From Candidatus Hydrogenedentota bacterium (GTDB lineage: Bacteria > Hydrogenedentota > Hydrogenedentia > Hydrogenedentales > SLHB01), in the NCBI GenBank assembly GCA_963668025.2, contig CAXXTH010000010.1, forward strand, positions 224,001-288,000: a stretch of DNA of 64,000 nt, given 5' to 3'. The notes below the pieces were generated by a model, which saw nothing but the letters and a program-made list of their open reading frames with translations, had not been told where the DNA came from and did not search any database. Of this stretch, positions 10,000-20,678 are shown in pieces (position 1 is the stretch's first letter; every line of letters starts with the position of its first letter). Both the position numbers and the translations under genes were made by a program.

Positions 10000-12294
10000 T
10001 CATTTAGAACTGGAAGAAGCCGCCGTGGCTGGTTCCATCTCGATGGCGATAATCGTATCAATGTCATCTACAACGACGCGTTGCATATTGATGATGAGCT
10101 GGCTGTCTTCGATACGAAAGTCCAAATTCATGCCCAGAGGCTCTTGATACACGCGGGTGGCATTTCCTGCGATAGGCCCCACTTTCATTTCGCGTTGCAG
10201 GCCTTGCGCGAAGCCGCGCCCATCGAGCAAACCGGCCATGTTTTCTGGAAGGCCCCGGCTTGATTTTCCTTCGAATCCATATTTTCCGCGTGGATTGTGC
10301 AAGATGTGCAGATAGAGCGTGTTGTTCTTGATGACGTTATATCCCCACAGATCCTCTTTGAGCGGCCCGGGGCGCGTGCCTTCGAGGGTATGGAGCCTTG
10401 GCTTGAGCCATTCGGCCAGGCGCATGCGTTCCGAATGGGTGTAGCGGTCCGGCCATTCCGAATGGTCGAGATTGCACATCACACCCTCGCATGCCATGGA
10501 AACCACCACGCGCGCCCATTCTTCCCAATGAAAATATTCACCGTGATGCAAAAACGCCTGGTCCGTATTGGGGAAGCGCCAAGTTTCATCGGAGAGCTTT
10601 TTAGGGCTATAGCCTTTTTGGCCGTTTGGCCAGCGGCCCCAGCGCCAGTCGAGCGTCTCCGCGCCTTCACTCTCACACACGAGGGCGTCGATATCGCCTA
10701 AGCCGTACTCGATATCCGTTCCAGCATTCGCGAGCACCAAGCATTCCGGGACGAACGTTTTGATCATGCTATACAGGGCGTCTAGCTCATGATTTCCTCG
10801 AGGCTTGCCTGCCTTGAAATCGCTAAAAATCACATTCGCCCCGTCGAACCACATCACCGCCGGGCGGTAGGCAAGGCACAGTTCCTCGACTTGCGCCAGG
10901 CGCACATCCATGTAGCGCGGGAAATTGCTGGCGTAATCATCACCCCCCAGCCCATTGTTTTCGCTTTCAATAAAAGGATAATAAAAGCCCGCGCGCATAT
11001 CGCGGGCGCGCAGGGCATTGGCCAGAGGCCCCACCAGATCACGTGAGGCGTTCTGTTCCCAGTCTGCGCCGGTGGATTTCCCCGCTGAATTGGGGATATC
11101 TGTGGGCCAATAAGCGTTGCCTCCGTCGTTTTTACTCATCATTGCCGCATAAGAATAACCTGCCGCCGCCATCAACGAGGCCTGCCGTTCCGGATCGCCC
11201 AGCCAGGCTTTGCCATTCGGGCCTGGCATGTTGTGAATAAGCGCCCCAAGCCGGGCGTGTTCATGCCAGGCATTAGGCCGCTCCAACACGCTGATCGCCA
11301 GATGCGCCTGGGCGTTCGATCCGGTGGAATCCGTGGCTTCCACGGTGAACTGCGCTTCCTGTATGTGGGCGCAAACGCCTTGGAGTTCGCCTTCTGCCTC
11401 ATCCAAGGTAAGGCCGTCCGGCAGCGCCCCGCCGGTGATGCGCCAGCGATACGGCGGCGTTCCACCTGCCGCCATGAACCGGAATGGCGATGCGGAAGGA
11501 TTATTGGATTCGATCTCGGCGAGGGTGTTTGTACGTTCGGCTTCGGGGATATTCAAGGCAAGCCACACATACGGCCATTCCGAATATCCGCGCGGCATGG
11601 TGTTTGTGGTTATCTCAAGCGGGCCGTTAGGAGGTTTCGTGGCATACTCGAGCCCGTCCATGGGCGCGCTATCTGGATGGCGGATGCTTGCATAGAAGCC
11701 CCACACGCCATACGCATTCGCGATTTTGAGTAGAAGCCGGTTCCAGCCTGCTTCCAACGTGATGGGCGTCCGGTCTTGCCCACGGGCGGCTTGGCGCAGT
11801 TTGCCTTCCACGGAGGCCACCTTCGTATCATTCAACCAGGCTTGAAAGCCGTCATTCGAGCCCACCCATAATTCGCATGCCTGTTGCTCTGGGCTCCATA
11901 CATAGACATGCGCATACGCCGCCACCCATTCATTTGGCCCGCCAGGGCCGCCTTCCCGTTTTGGATGGAAGAAGGTATATAGGTCGTTGTAATCATCTAG
12001 ATTCCGGCAATACAGCCGATCATCAAACATCCGCCATGTCCGCCCACCGGCTTTGCCGCCTTCTAGGGGGGATTGGGCGTCTTCACCCAGATCATCGCGG
12101 TCGAATCCAGCGTAATCCGTGTTGTCAAAGGGCCCTGCCACGAGCCAGGTATTGATGGCGCGCGGCGGTGTTGCCGCGCCTTCGGCCTGCCATGAAACTA
12201 AGCATATGGTGATGAACAGCGAAATGATACAAAAAGGATAGCGTGGTGATCCCGGTATTCCCGGTTTATGAAGCACCCATGAAGACAGCAGCAT
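10000..12294 (-). CDS. Secreted multidomain GH29-like protein, paralog 2
   Basis: Same architecture as 5431-7590; SKNDGG..YWPT, RDLVGPLANALRARDMRAGFYY and PAVMWFDG are GH29-like motifs. Confidence 0.7.
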   Translation of the reverse strand: MLLSSWVLHKPGIPGSPRYPFCIISLFITICLVSWQAEGAATPPRAINTWLVAGPFDNTDYAGFDRDDLGEDAQSPLEGGKAGGRTWRMFDDRLYCRNLDDYNDLYTFFHPKREGGPGGPNEWVAAYAHVYVWSPEQQACELWVGSNDGFQAWLNDTKVASVEGKLRQAARGQDRTPITLEAGWNRLLLKIANAYGVWGFYASIRHPDSAPMDGLEYATKPPNGPLEITTNTMPRGYSEWPYVWLALNIPEAERTNTLAEIESNNPSASPFRFMAAGGTPPYRWRITGGALPDGLTLDEAEGELQGVCAHIQEAQFTVEATDSTGSNAQAHLAISVLERPNAWHEHARLGALIHNMPGPNGKAWLGDPERQASLMAAAGYSYAAMMSKNDGGNAYWPTDIPNSAGKSTGADWEQNASRDLVGPLANALRARDMRAGFYYPFIESENNGLGGDDYASNFPRYMDVRLAQVEELCLAYRPAVMWFDGANVIFSDFKAGKPRGNHELDALYSMIKTFVPECLVLANAGTDIEYGLGDIDALVCESEGAETLDWRWGRWPNGQKGYSPKKLSDETWRFPNTDQAFLHHGEYFHWEEWARVVVSMACEGVMCNLDHSEWPDRYTHSERMRLAEWLKPRLHTLEGTRPGPLKEDLWGYNVIKNNTLYLHILHNPRGKYGFEGKSSRGLPENMAGLLDGRGFAQGLQREMKVGPIAGNATRVYQEPLGMNLDFRIEDSQLIINMQRVVVDDIDTIIAIEMEPATAASSSSK

Positions 12295-12407
12295 ATACTC
12301 ATCTCCTTTACGTAAGATTTGATAAGAAGATTTCCGGCTGGCGTGTTCGATTTAGAGGCGCTGCATGCCCGGGGGGGCATGCAGCACGCCATAATGAGGG
12401 ATTGTGT

Positions 12408-13478
12408 TTAACCCATGCCGCCGCAAGCGTACATGAACCACGATACTTCACGCCCTTGATTGGAGGATGTGCTGTTGGCAGGCTCATTCCAAATGGGGAA
12501 CCTCGAACCGAACCGAACAAACTCGACATGGCCGTCCATATAGAGGACATTCGAGCCGCCCGGGAGATGGTTGAATAAGGGCACCGCATTGATTGCGCCT
12601 TCGCCGACGGAGCCCCAGGAATCCCACATCACCGGAATGACACTTTGCCCTGACGAGCCTGATGCGGGGTTATTGATGTCCGTGATGAAGAAGCGCTCGA
12701 TGCTTTCCTTGAGGCGGTGAATGGTGGACGGCAGCGCGGAGCCATCTTCCTCGGTGATCCCTTTCACGCGCGAGACCATGCTGGGCGAACTCAGGCTGAT
12801 GCTGTTTTCCCATACTTCCGGCCAGTAATGGGATGTTAGCCATTTTTGGGGGCATCCGGCGGCGCGGAAATTGGAGAGGCCTTGCGGATTGTAGCCGTAT
12901 TTATCGACGGCGACATTGGCGGGGCCGCCTCGCAGCACGATTGATAGCTGCGTGGCCGTTCTGCAAGCAAACGGTATGTAGTGGTACGAAAGGGGGAGCG
13001 AGAGCAGCAGATGGGTACAGTCGTGTTTGTCATCGGTGGTCGAATTGGTGGATTGCACGTATTTAAGGTATTCCGCCATATCGTCATACTGCAAATTCGG
13101 GAACGAGGATTTATCGCTGGTGTACCATCCCCATGAATCCTCTAAGTCCGCCCTAGAATCAGATGGGCAGATCATGATGGCTGGGTCATTCCAATAATCT
13201 GGATATAGCGAATCGCTTCCCACCCCAAATAACACGCGCTGAGCGGGATTGTAAGAAGACGCGGGGGGGAAAAGGTCTTTATTTTCACTCGCGTACATTT
13301 TGTAAATGATGCCCCATTGCTTCAGATTGCTGGAGCATGAGGCCCGGCGGGCCGCCTCCCGCGCCCGCGCCAATGCGGGCAGCAGGATCGCCGCTAAGAT
13401 GGCGATGATGGCGATCACCACAAGCAGCTCGATCAAGGTGAAGCCGCTGGCCGTCTTTTTTCGTGGTTTATTCTGCAT
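12408..13478 (-). CDS. DUF1559-type prepilin N-terminal cleavage/methylation protein
   Basis: [30 protein letters not shown]; [14 protein letters not shown]; [17 protein letters not shown]; paralog of 4149-5219. Confidence 0.9.
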   Translation of the reverse strand: MQNKPRKKTASGFTLIELLVVIAIIAILAAILLPALARAREAARRASCSSNLKQWGIIYKMYASENKDLFPPASSYNPAQRVLFGVGSDSLYPDYWNDPAIMICPSDSRADLEDSWGWYTSDKSSFPNLQYDDMAEYLKYVQSTNSTTDDKHDCTHLLLSLPLSYHYIPFACRTATQLSIVLRGGPANVAVDKYGYNPQGLSNFRAAGCPQKWLTSHYWPEVWENSISLSSPSMVSRVKGITEEDGSALPSTIHRLKESIERFFITDINNPASGSSGQSVIPVMWDSWGSVGEGAINAVPLFNHLPGGSNVLYMDGHVEFVRFGSRFPIWNEPANSTSSNQGREVSWFMYACGGMG

Positions 13479-13566
13479 TGCTTGCCTCCTCGTTGTTGAG
13501 GGATGATGAAAACGGACAATAAAGAATTGGCGCTTATATCAACTATATTCTTATTATGGCTTCCTA

Positions 13567-13596
13567 GAGGCGGACACGCGAATACCGTGTCCGCCT
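13567..13596. terminator. Hairpin between the surface-protein and prepilin genes (terminator or mRNA-stability element)
   Basis: aggcggacacg-cgaatac-cgtgtccgcct perfect stem. Confidence 0.5.
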
Positions 13597-13609
13597 ATTG
13601 GCTAATGGA

Positions 13610-14647
13610 CTACTTGCGGTATTTACGAACAGCGGCTGCCGCCATCGCGCTGGCGAGGGCCGCCATGCCCAGCATGGTCATCGCGGGGAGTTCCGGGCCG
13701 CTGCCGGGATAAGATGCGTTGTCGTTTGGATCCGTGCCGGCGTCCACTTCCGCGCCGTCTTCATACCCATCGTCATCGGAATCCGCATCGTTCGGGTCTG
13801 TGCCCGTGTTGGTGGGGCTGACATACACACCCGTGTCCGTTTCCACTTGATCTTCAAGGCCGTCGTCATCGGAGTCGACGGGGCCTGCCGTGTATTCCAC
13901 CTCGAGCATGGGCCTGCTCTCGGTTGCGGATTGTGCGGACACTTCATCCACCATGCCGATAAAGGTGTCATTGGCGAAGGCATTGAGCAATTCGGGGCCC
14001 GCGCCAAGGATGAATCCAGCATCTATGACCGTTCCATCCAAAATACCTTGGAGATATGCAATGCCAGCCGCCGTGAATTCAAGGACTACTTCCGGCTCCG
14101 TATTGTAATCCACGCCTGACTGGACTGTTGCTTCGGCGATGACATCAGGCAAGGCGTTGTAGGCATCAAAAGCGGGCGCAAGCGGATGGCTCGATGGCCA
14201 TAAGCCCGCCATGGTGCAGCCGGTATGGGGCCAGCATGCCACCTCGCTCATTTGTGAAAATCGCGCTTCTGATTCGTTCCATCCGGCGTTGTCGGAATGT
14301 AAACGCCACGCGAGGAAGGTATGGGGCCATGGCCAAGTGCTCTGATCGCCGCCAATCCGCGCCATGTGGACACGCAAGCGGGCTGAGGTAATGGAGGAGC
14401 TGGACGAAATCGCGGAAATGTCATACCGCATCAATGCGAATCCGGGATGATCGGTGTTCGACCATGCTTCGGCCACTTGGCAATACCCTTCGGAATCTCC
14501 GAAGACGGGCAAGCCCTCGCCCACGGTGGAGCATGCATGATCATAGCTCGCATCGGGCAAAACACCCGCCTGGAATTGAATCACATCAGCCGCAGCGGCT
14601 GTCGTAACCACTGCCATTATGGTTAACATCAGCAGTTTGTGTTTCAT
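13610..14647 (-). CDS. Cell-surface protein: DNRLRE-like domain, Asp-rich (TSP3-like) repeats, C-terminal LPA-TM-basic sorting tail
   Basis: Signal peptide; LMRYDISAI..ITSARL..RPMLEVEY; DSDDDGLED..GTDPNDADSDDDG; ELPAMTMLGMAALASAMAAAAVRKYRK. Confidence 0.7.
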   Translation of the reverse strand: MKHKLLMLTIMAVVTTAAAADVIQFQAGVLPDASYDHACSTVGEGLPVFGDSEGYCQVAEAWSNTDHPGFALMRYDISAISSSSSITSARLRVHMARIGGDQSTWPWPHTFLAWRLHSDNAGWNESEARFSQMSEVACWPHTGCTMAGLWPSSHPLAPAFDAYNALPDVIAEATVQSGVDYNTEPEVVLEFTAAGIAYLQGILDGTVIDAGFILGAGPELLNAFANDTFIGMVDEVSAQSATESRPMLEVEYTAGPVDSDDDGLEDQVETDTGVYVSPTNTGTDPNDADSDDDGYEDGAEVDAGTDPNDNASYPGSGPELPAMTMLGMAALASAMAAAAVRKYRK

Positions 14648-15073
14648 GGTTATTATTTCCTTTCTACGTTTTTTCGCCCTTTCCATCAAGCCTTATAGAA
14701 TCACTTTGCTGAGTACATGGGTGTTGTTTTATCGTGCGCAATGAATGTGTAGCCATTTAAGTAATACATACCCAAAATCGGTTGTTTTAAAGATAAGCCC
14801 TCCTGCCTCGGTAATCCGCCACCATGAAAGCCAATGTACCATAGGCCGGCTAATTTGTAAATAAAAAAATTGTTTTAGTGTATAAACAGAGCATATTTTG
14901 ATATTCATGCATATAGAGGCGCTATCCGCAGGGAGGCTGGAACAAGAAATTTTGGAGAAATTGGATCGGGGGAGGATAACACTTACGACATTGAATGGCG
15001 GGATAGGCGTTTGATATGAATGAATATCCAGCCGGAATGCACCATGCAGCGCGGTGGGTTTTATTAGCTGCGA

Positions 15074-15982
15074 TTATTCGTTTTCGGAAGAATCCTCGAA
15101 TTTTTTGCAGAGCTTACGGAACTGGCGCGGGCTCATCTTATCCATTTTGCGGAAGGCCCGGCCCATTTCTTGCGCAGTGCCAAATCCGGTGTATTGGGCG
15201 ATACTCGCCAGCCTTTCTTCCGTTTGAGAGAGCCAGTACTTTGCACAACTGAGCCGGATATTGCGCAAATACTCGAACGGCGTTAATCCGGTTTCATGCT
15301 TGAACACCCGGCATAAATGGGGGCCGACGACGCCAGCTTGCCGGGCAAGATCATCCAATGTGATGTGCTCCGCGAAATGTTCTTCCATATATCGTTTCGT
15401 CACCACAACATGCACATGTTCACGGGCGGTTTGCTGTGTTTCCGCGGCCTGCCGATGCAGCTCAACCAATGCTTGCGCCAGTTGCAGGGAGCCTGTTAGC
15501 GTTTGCCGTTCGTCATCAAACAACAATTCCGCGGCCGATTGAAGCAGTGTTTGTACATGCTTGGCCGCCGCAGGCTCCGGCGTGATCACTTTTGGAAGGT
15601 AGCTGGGGTCCAAATCGGGATAAAGGAATTTAATGGATAAATGGACCATGTTGCTGCCGGGTGCGATGTTGAGCTGATGAGGCGTTTGAGGCGGCACGAA
15701 ATAAAATGCGTTTTTAGCGATGGAATAGAGGCGGTTGCCAATCATATACGTGCCTTGTCCATCTATAAAATGGTCGAGGTGGAATAGGCATTCATGTTCG
15801 TGCCTGGGCAGTTTGCGCACCACGTCCCATTGGCGCAGTTCAATCAAATCAATCACCGGCAATGCGCCTTCCAGATGGGGCAGTGAAACGGCTTGTTCTG
15901 TACGCTCGGTAAGTTGCGGGCGCGAAAAACGAAGCAAGCGCATGACGGGTGTTTTTGTTTCATTGGCGCGGTTAATTTTCAC
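15074..15982 (-). CDS. AraC-family transcriptional regulator (cupin plus HTH)
   Basis: PRHEHE cupin motif; C-terminal AraC HTH; paralog of 1-519. Confidence 0.9.
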   Translation of the reverse strand: MKINRANETKTPVMRLLRFSRPQLTERTEQAVSLPHLEGALPVIDLIELRQWDVVRKLPRHEHECLFHLDHFIDGQGTYMIGNRLYSIAKNAFYFVPPQTPHQLNIAPGSNMVHLSIKFLYPDLDPSYLPKVITPEPAAAKHVQTLLQSAAELLFDDERQTLTGSLQLAQALVELHRQAAETQQTAREHVHVVVTKRYMEEHFAEHITLDDLARQAGVVGPHLCRVFKHETGLTPFEYLRNIRLSCAKYWLSQTEERLASIAQYTGFGTAQEMGRAFRKMDKMSPRQFRKLCKKFEDSSENE

Positions 15983-16230
15983 GAGTAATCCGGCTCCTAC
16001 TGCTATTATTGGTGATTTGTCTAGGCTTTCGCTCTATTCGCATCGATTCATATCTTAGGGCTTGTGGGGCGATTCGTCAAAAAAAACATGGTCATGAGTG
16101 TTGCCCCACCACTCAATGGAACGGAATACCAATGTGCTACTGTACTGTCTATATGCTGTTTTCTTGCGAAGATTTTGCATAGAATTCAAATCATATCAAA
16201 TAGTTACGGGATATGTTTTCCGCCCTGATC

Positions 16231-16402
16231 GGTGGGGCAAGCCCCACCCTACAACTCGCATGGGCGAGACGCCCATGCTACGGGAGTTGCAAATAGCATG
16301 TTAGAGGATATATTCGCGTTCATTCGCGTCCATTCGCGGTAAAAAACGAAACACTTTGGTTGCGGCTCTGCCGCGCTGTGTATTTTGTGGCCTCAAAATC
16401 CG
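16231..16402. repeat. Composite intergenic repeat: two REP types plus ttcgcg/tttgtggc-type short repeats
   Basis: ggtggggcaagccccaccCTAC, gcatgggcgagacgcccatgCTAC, ttcgcgttcattcgcgtccattcgcgg, ttggttgcggctctgccgc, gtggcctcaaaatcc; several units recur at 32381-32530. Confidence 0.75.
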
Positions 16403-16472
16403 CTTATGCGAAAGGGGCAGTCTATATATTTCACCAGAAGGCACGAATGCTCTGAGCGAGGTATAACCGCGA

Positions 16473-17537
16473 TCAAAAAACCTGGTTTTCTCCTAAGCTC
16501 TCCCGGATGTGCATATAGGAGGTGAACCTCAATGGGGCGATCTGGCCTGCTTCGTACGCTTGGCGCACTGCGCAGTCTGGTTCTTTCCCGTGGGAACAGT
16601 CCCGGAAGCGGCAATGTGCGGTAAGAGCGGCGATTTCTGGGAAATACACATCTAGCTCGCCGGGCGATACGCCCCACAATCCGAGCTGGCGGATTCCGGG
16701 CGTATCAATGATCTGGATGCCGCCTTTCAGGTGGTAAAGCCGGGATGCGGAAGTGGTATGCCGGCCCTTGCCGGTGATTTCGCTGACGCCTCCCGTATCC
16801 AGTTCGAGATCCGGCTCGATGGCATTCAAAAGCGAAGATTTCCCCACGCCGCTTTGGCCTGCCAGCACGCTGGTCTTGCCTTCAAGTGCCGCACGAAAAG
16901 CATCGATTCCCTCGCCTGTTTGGCAGCTCGAGCGTATCACCGGCAAACCCAAGTCTTCATAATTTCGTATGGACTCCGGTTCCGCGCCGGGCAAGTCGCT
17001 TTTATTTAGGCATAATACGGTGGACACGCCTCCGAACTCGGCTGCAATAAGATAACGGTCCACGACGCCCGGCTTAAATCGTGGCCGTGTTTTCGCCGCT
17101 ACGACCACCAACTGGTCTATATTGGCCGCGAAAACCTGCTCCCGCTGGCGTTCGATGGCCGGGCGGCTCAGCTTGGTGTGGCGCACGCGGACAGCAATAA
17201 CGATGTTTTCGCCGTCCCGTTCTTCGATTACGACCCGGTCGCCCGGTGCGAGGAAGGATGTCTTCCCATCCGTCAACGCTTCTTGCACCCGGCAAAGGCG
17301 CTCTATTCCGTCTACTTCCACGAAGGCCAGCACGCCGTATGGAGACACCACTAGGCCATTGGCGGGTCCTTCTGTAAAGCAGGCGGCGCAATCGAAGCTC
17401 TCTTCAACGGGCGCGCCCACGCCTGTTTCACGCCCACGGACGCGGCGCGGCTCCCGCGACGCCGTGTCTACATCGTGTTCGGCGTCCCATGCCCGTTTGC
17501 GTATCCGTTTGCGTTGTTTCCCTTTACCTTTTGCCAT
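16473..17537 (-). CDS. rsgA: Ribosome small subunit-dependent GTPase A
   Basis: AANIDQ, LNKSD, GQSGVGKSSLLN, GRHTT, IIDTPGIR, CRFRDCSH..EPDCAV. Confidence 0.95.
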   Translation of the reverse strand: MAKGKGKQRKRIRKRAWDAEHDVDTASREPRRVRGRETGVGAPVEESFDCAACFTEGPANGLVVSPYGVLAFVEVDGIERLCRVQEALTDGKTSFLAPGDRVVIEERDGENIVIAVRVRHTKLSRPAIERQREQVFAANIDQLVVVAAKTRPRFKPGVVDRYLIAAEFGGVSTVLCLNKSDLPGAEPESIRNYEDLGLPVIRSSCQTGEGIDAFRAALEGKTSVLAGQSGVGKSSLLNAIEPDLELDTGGVSEITGKGRHTTSASRLYHLKGGIQIIDTPGIRQLGLWGVSPGELDVYFPEIAALTAHCRFRDCSHGKEPDCAVRQAYEAGQIAPLRFTSYMHIRESLGENQVF

Positions 17538-17705
17538 AAGTGATAGTTCGTATTCCTCCATCTTTTATCCGTTTTCACTCGCATGAGGATAGCATATCTG
17601 TTTCTAGGTTGCTGTTTATTAAACGAGCAGTTCCTGCGGCGCTATCGCGCCATAGCGGCGGCAAATGCGGCGCAGGCTTTGCCCATGGTTATACATGCGA
17701 GCAGG

Positions 17706-20048
17706 TCATTTTTTGCTCTTGGGTATATCTGGGTACAGCAAGTCGCGGCACTCGGGGCAGATCGAGTGGGTGAAGCGCGCTTCGGAATGGGCGGAGATAT
17801 ACAGTTCAATGCTGCTCCAATAACCTTGATCATTGCGTATTTTTTTGCAGTTGGCGCAAATGGGCAGGAGGCCTTGGAGCGTGTTGACCTGGGCAAGGGC
17901 TTCGCGTAATTCACCTATCAGTTTTTCCCGTTCGAGTTCAGCCTGTTTGCGCGCCGTAATATCTTCGATTATGCCGTCAATGGTTTCCGTGTGGTTTTCT
18001 GGATCTTGAATGATGGAGGCGGTTATGGATGCCCAGAGCGGCGTATGGATATCCCGTTGCATCAGCACTTCTTCCCGCACAACGCTTCGTTCGGCCTGGA
18101 GCTTTTGTAGAAACCGCACGCCATCGCTGGGCTCATGGAAATACCGGCCATCACCGGCGGCCAGCACAACCCCCATATCACTCGCGCCGAACATGGACTC
18201 GATAGCGGGATTGGCGACCGGATTCCCCCCCTCTGGGGTGATAGGAGCACGAAAGATGCCTACAGGCAGGTTTTGAACCAGGTCGCGATACCGCTTTTCG
18301 CTGGCGCGCAAGGCCTTTTCGGCAGCTTTGCGGGCAGTAATATCACGGACGAACGCCCAAAAGCCTTTCGGCTGGTTTTCTGCATCGCACATCAGGTAAA
18401 CCTGCACCTCGACCGGGAAAATAGTACCATTCTTGTGATAATACGTTTTTTCGTAAATTCGGGAGTAGCCGCGCGCGAGCACTTCGTCTCGCGTGATGGC
18501 CCTCTCCATGTCGTACCATTCGGGCGGTGTCAGTTTTTCGTACGAAACCTCGAACAGCTCTTCTTCTGAATATCCAGTCATCTCCAGAAAGGCGGGATTA
18601 AACTGGGTGAAGCGACCTTCCAGGTCCGTGGAGACCAGCCCATCCAAGTGGTTGTTGTATAAAGTCCGATATTTATGCTCAGACATCCGCAGTGCGGCTT
18701 CGGTTCGAGTGCGCTCTTTGATTTCTTGCTGGAGCTGATTGTTGGTTTCGGCCAGGCTTTGGGTGCGTTGGGCCACCAAACTCTCGAGTTCTCCGCGGTA
18801 GCGGCGGAGCTCTTCTTCCCGAAGCTTGTGTTCCGTGATGTCGCGCCAGAGGACATAAAGCACTTCACGCCCGTGCAGGGAAATGAGGGTAAGCGAGACA
18901 TCGGCGGTGAATAGTTCGCCATCCATGCGTTTATGCAGCCACTCGAAACGATGAAAGCCGCGTTCGCGGGCCAGTGCGATCATTTCCAGGGCTTTTTCTA
19001 GTGAGTTTGCACCATCAGGCTGCATTTCGGGGGAAACCGAGAACGGTGTTAACTGCATGGCTTCATAGCCGTTTGGAAGATGGAGCATTTGCGCAGCCGA
19101 TTCGTTGCAATCGGTAAATATACCATCATCGAAAATGAGGATAGCGTCATCCGACCGATGGAACACCTCGAGGAATTTGCGTTCGCTTTCTTGCAAGCGC
19201 TCGATTGTCTTGCGATGCTCCGCTATTTCTTCTTGAAGCTGAGAGAGTGTCACGCGCAGCCGGCTGGTCATCGTGTTAAACGCGCGGCCCAGATCGCCTA
19301 ACTCGTCGTAGCGTTTCACCGGAGCGTCATGCTCGAGATCGCCGCCCGCCACCCGGTTAGCGGCATTAGTCAGTTCCATGAGGGGCGTGGCGAAGGCATG
19401 GCCCAAAAAGCGTCCGCAAAATATGGACAAGAAGATGACTACGCCAAAAGAGCATACTGCCGCCGCTAGGTGGGAAAGATGGCGTTTGCGGGCGAAGGCG
19501 GTGTCGATAGATAATTCTATCGCCACTACGCCTTCTTGTTTGCCGTCGGCGTCCAGAATGGGAGCATATCCGCGCAGCCAATCACCATGTGCGTCGTGAT
19601 AATAATTTGGCGCTACAGTAGGTTTAAGAATAGTGGCGATATGCGCCTCAAGCCAGTCGTCATCATATTCACGCCCTGGCAAGGCGCCTTCGGAGGTATT
19701 TTTAACGCCTGTAACCGCATGAACTACACGGCCATCCGGGGTTTCCCGGTATGTGCCCAAGAACCGGAAGCTGTTTCCTTTTTTTTCTTGAATCTGGTTC
19801 AGCCGTTTTTGAGTTTCGTGGTAGGCGGGAGTTTGAGCATCTTCAGGCTCATCAAAGGCCGCATGCGCCGCCGCATCAATTTGCAGGGCTTGCACGGCTA
19901 CGACATCGAGCAAGCGGTCGCACAGATCCTGGCGTATTTCGGCTCGAACATATGCGTACAACGCCGCAGCCAGCAGCGAGGCCATAAGGATGGCCAGCCC
20001 CGCGAAAAAAAGACTCAGTTTGGTGGCGACGTTGAGCCGGGCTATCAT
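17706..20048 (-). CDS. Membrane sensor with HAMP and three PAS domains, ending in a Cys-rich domain instead of a kinase
   Basis: Two TM segments; HAMP DELGDLGRAFNTMT; three PAS/PAC ends (RDITE, RDITA, EDITA); C-terminal LQGLLPICANCKKIR..HSICPEC. Confidence 0.85.
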   Translation of the reverse strand: MIARLNVATKLSLFFAGLAILMASLLAAALYAYVRAEIRQDLCDRLLDVVAVQALQIDAAAHAAFDEPEDAQTPAYHETQKRLNQIQEKKGNSFRFLGTYRETPDGRVVHAVTGVKNTSEGALPGREYDDDWLEAHIATILKPTVAPNYYHDAHGDWLRGYAPILDADGKQEGVVAIELSIDTAFARKRHLSHLAAAVCSFGVVIFLSIFCGRFLGHAFATPLMELTNAANRVAGGDLEHDAPVKRYDELGDLGRAFNTMTSRLRVTLSQLQEEIAEHRKTIERLQESERKFLEVFHRSDDAILIFDDGIFTDCNESAAQMLHLPNGYEAMQLTPFSVSPEMQPDGANSLEKALEMIALARERGFHRFEWLHKRMDGELFTADVSLTLISLHGREVLYVLWRDITEHKLREEELRRYRGELESLVAQRTQSLAETNNQLQQEIKERTRTEAALRMSEHKYRTLYNNHLDGLVSTDLEGRFTQFNPAFLEMTGYSEEELFEVSYEKLTPPEWYDMERAITRDEVLARGYSRIYEKTYYHKNGTIFPVEVQVYLMCDAENQPKGFWAFVRDITARKAAEKALRASEKRYRDLVQNLPVGIFRAPITPEGGNPVANPAIESMFGASDMGVVLAAGDGRYFHEPSDGVRFLQKLQAERSVVREEVLMQRDIHTPLWASITASIIQDPENHTETIDGIIEDITARKQAELEREKLIGELREALAQVNTLQGLLPICANCKKIRNDQGYWSSIELYISAHSEARFTHSICPECRDLLYPDIPKSKK

Positions 20049-20265
20049 GGATTTATGTCACCTGTTCCGTGTAATTTGCCAACCTTATGTTTACATACGC
20101 TAGGCGACATTATGGGTGCGGTTATCCCATAGTTCAAGGTGGGTGTTTGTTTTACGTTGCATGGAGTTGCATGCGGAACGGGAGAGATGCACTATACATT
20201 ACGATGGCGGGAGCCACGGCGGCGCGTTGCGCTAATGCTGGAACGTGTTATAGGAAACGAAACCC

Positions 20266-20661
20266 ATGAACCATACGGGAAGGCCGGAAAGTAAGAAGGA
20301 ATATGCTATTCAGCTTCACCTTTTGCTGGATGAGGCGCAAGCCCATATTCGCACGCATCCCGAGAAACGTGAAGCGGTTCTTGAACGATTGCGCAAGGAT
20401 ATCGAGGATTTGGACGAGGCATATGCGGAAGCCAATTATGAGCAAAGCGCTCACTTTGAAGAGGAAACCTATTTCCAAAAAACGGGCGTCCGGCGTCCCT
20501 TCGCCCAACTGCGCCATTTCCTGCGAACGCGTGTAGCGGAGTTGCGTGCTGGCCGGGTCTCGACTATTTTGCGGCTAAGCCCCATTGAAAAGACGCTTCT
20601 GGATGAAACCGCCCAGCGGTTTATTGACAGCGGCCAAGGCGATGACAAATTGATGACATGA
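20266..20661 (+). CDS. Hypothetical protein
   Basis: Natural-looking helical 131-aa ORF at the head of a + strand gene run. Confidence 0.6.
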   Translation: MNHTGRPESKKEYAIQLHLLLDEAQAHIRTHPEKREAVLERLRKDIEDLDEAYAEANYEQSAHFEEETYFQKTGVRRPFAQLRHFLRTRVAELRAGRVSTILRLSPIEKTLLDETAQRFIDSGQGDDKLMT

Positions 20662-20678
20662 TTCATATGGAGAGTGTA

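Noticed and set aside
9975-10067. 68-bp overlap between two large CDSs
   Set aside because: Resolved by the downstream ATG at 9974, which has an RBS.
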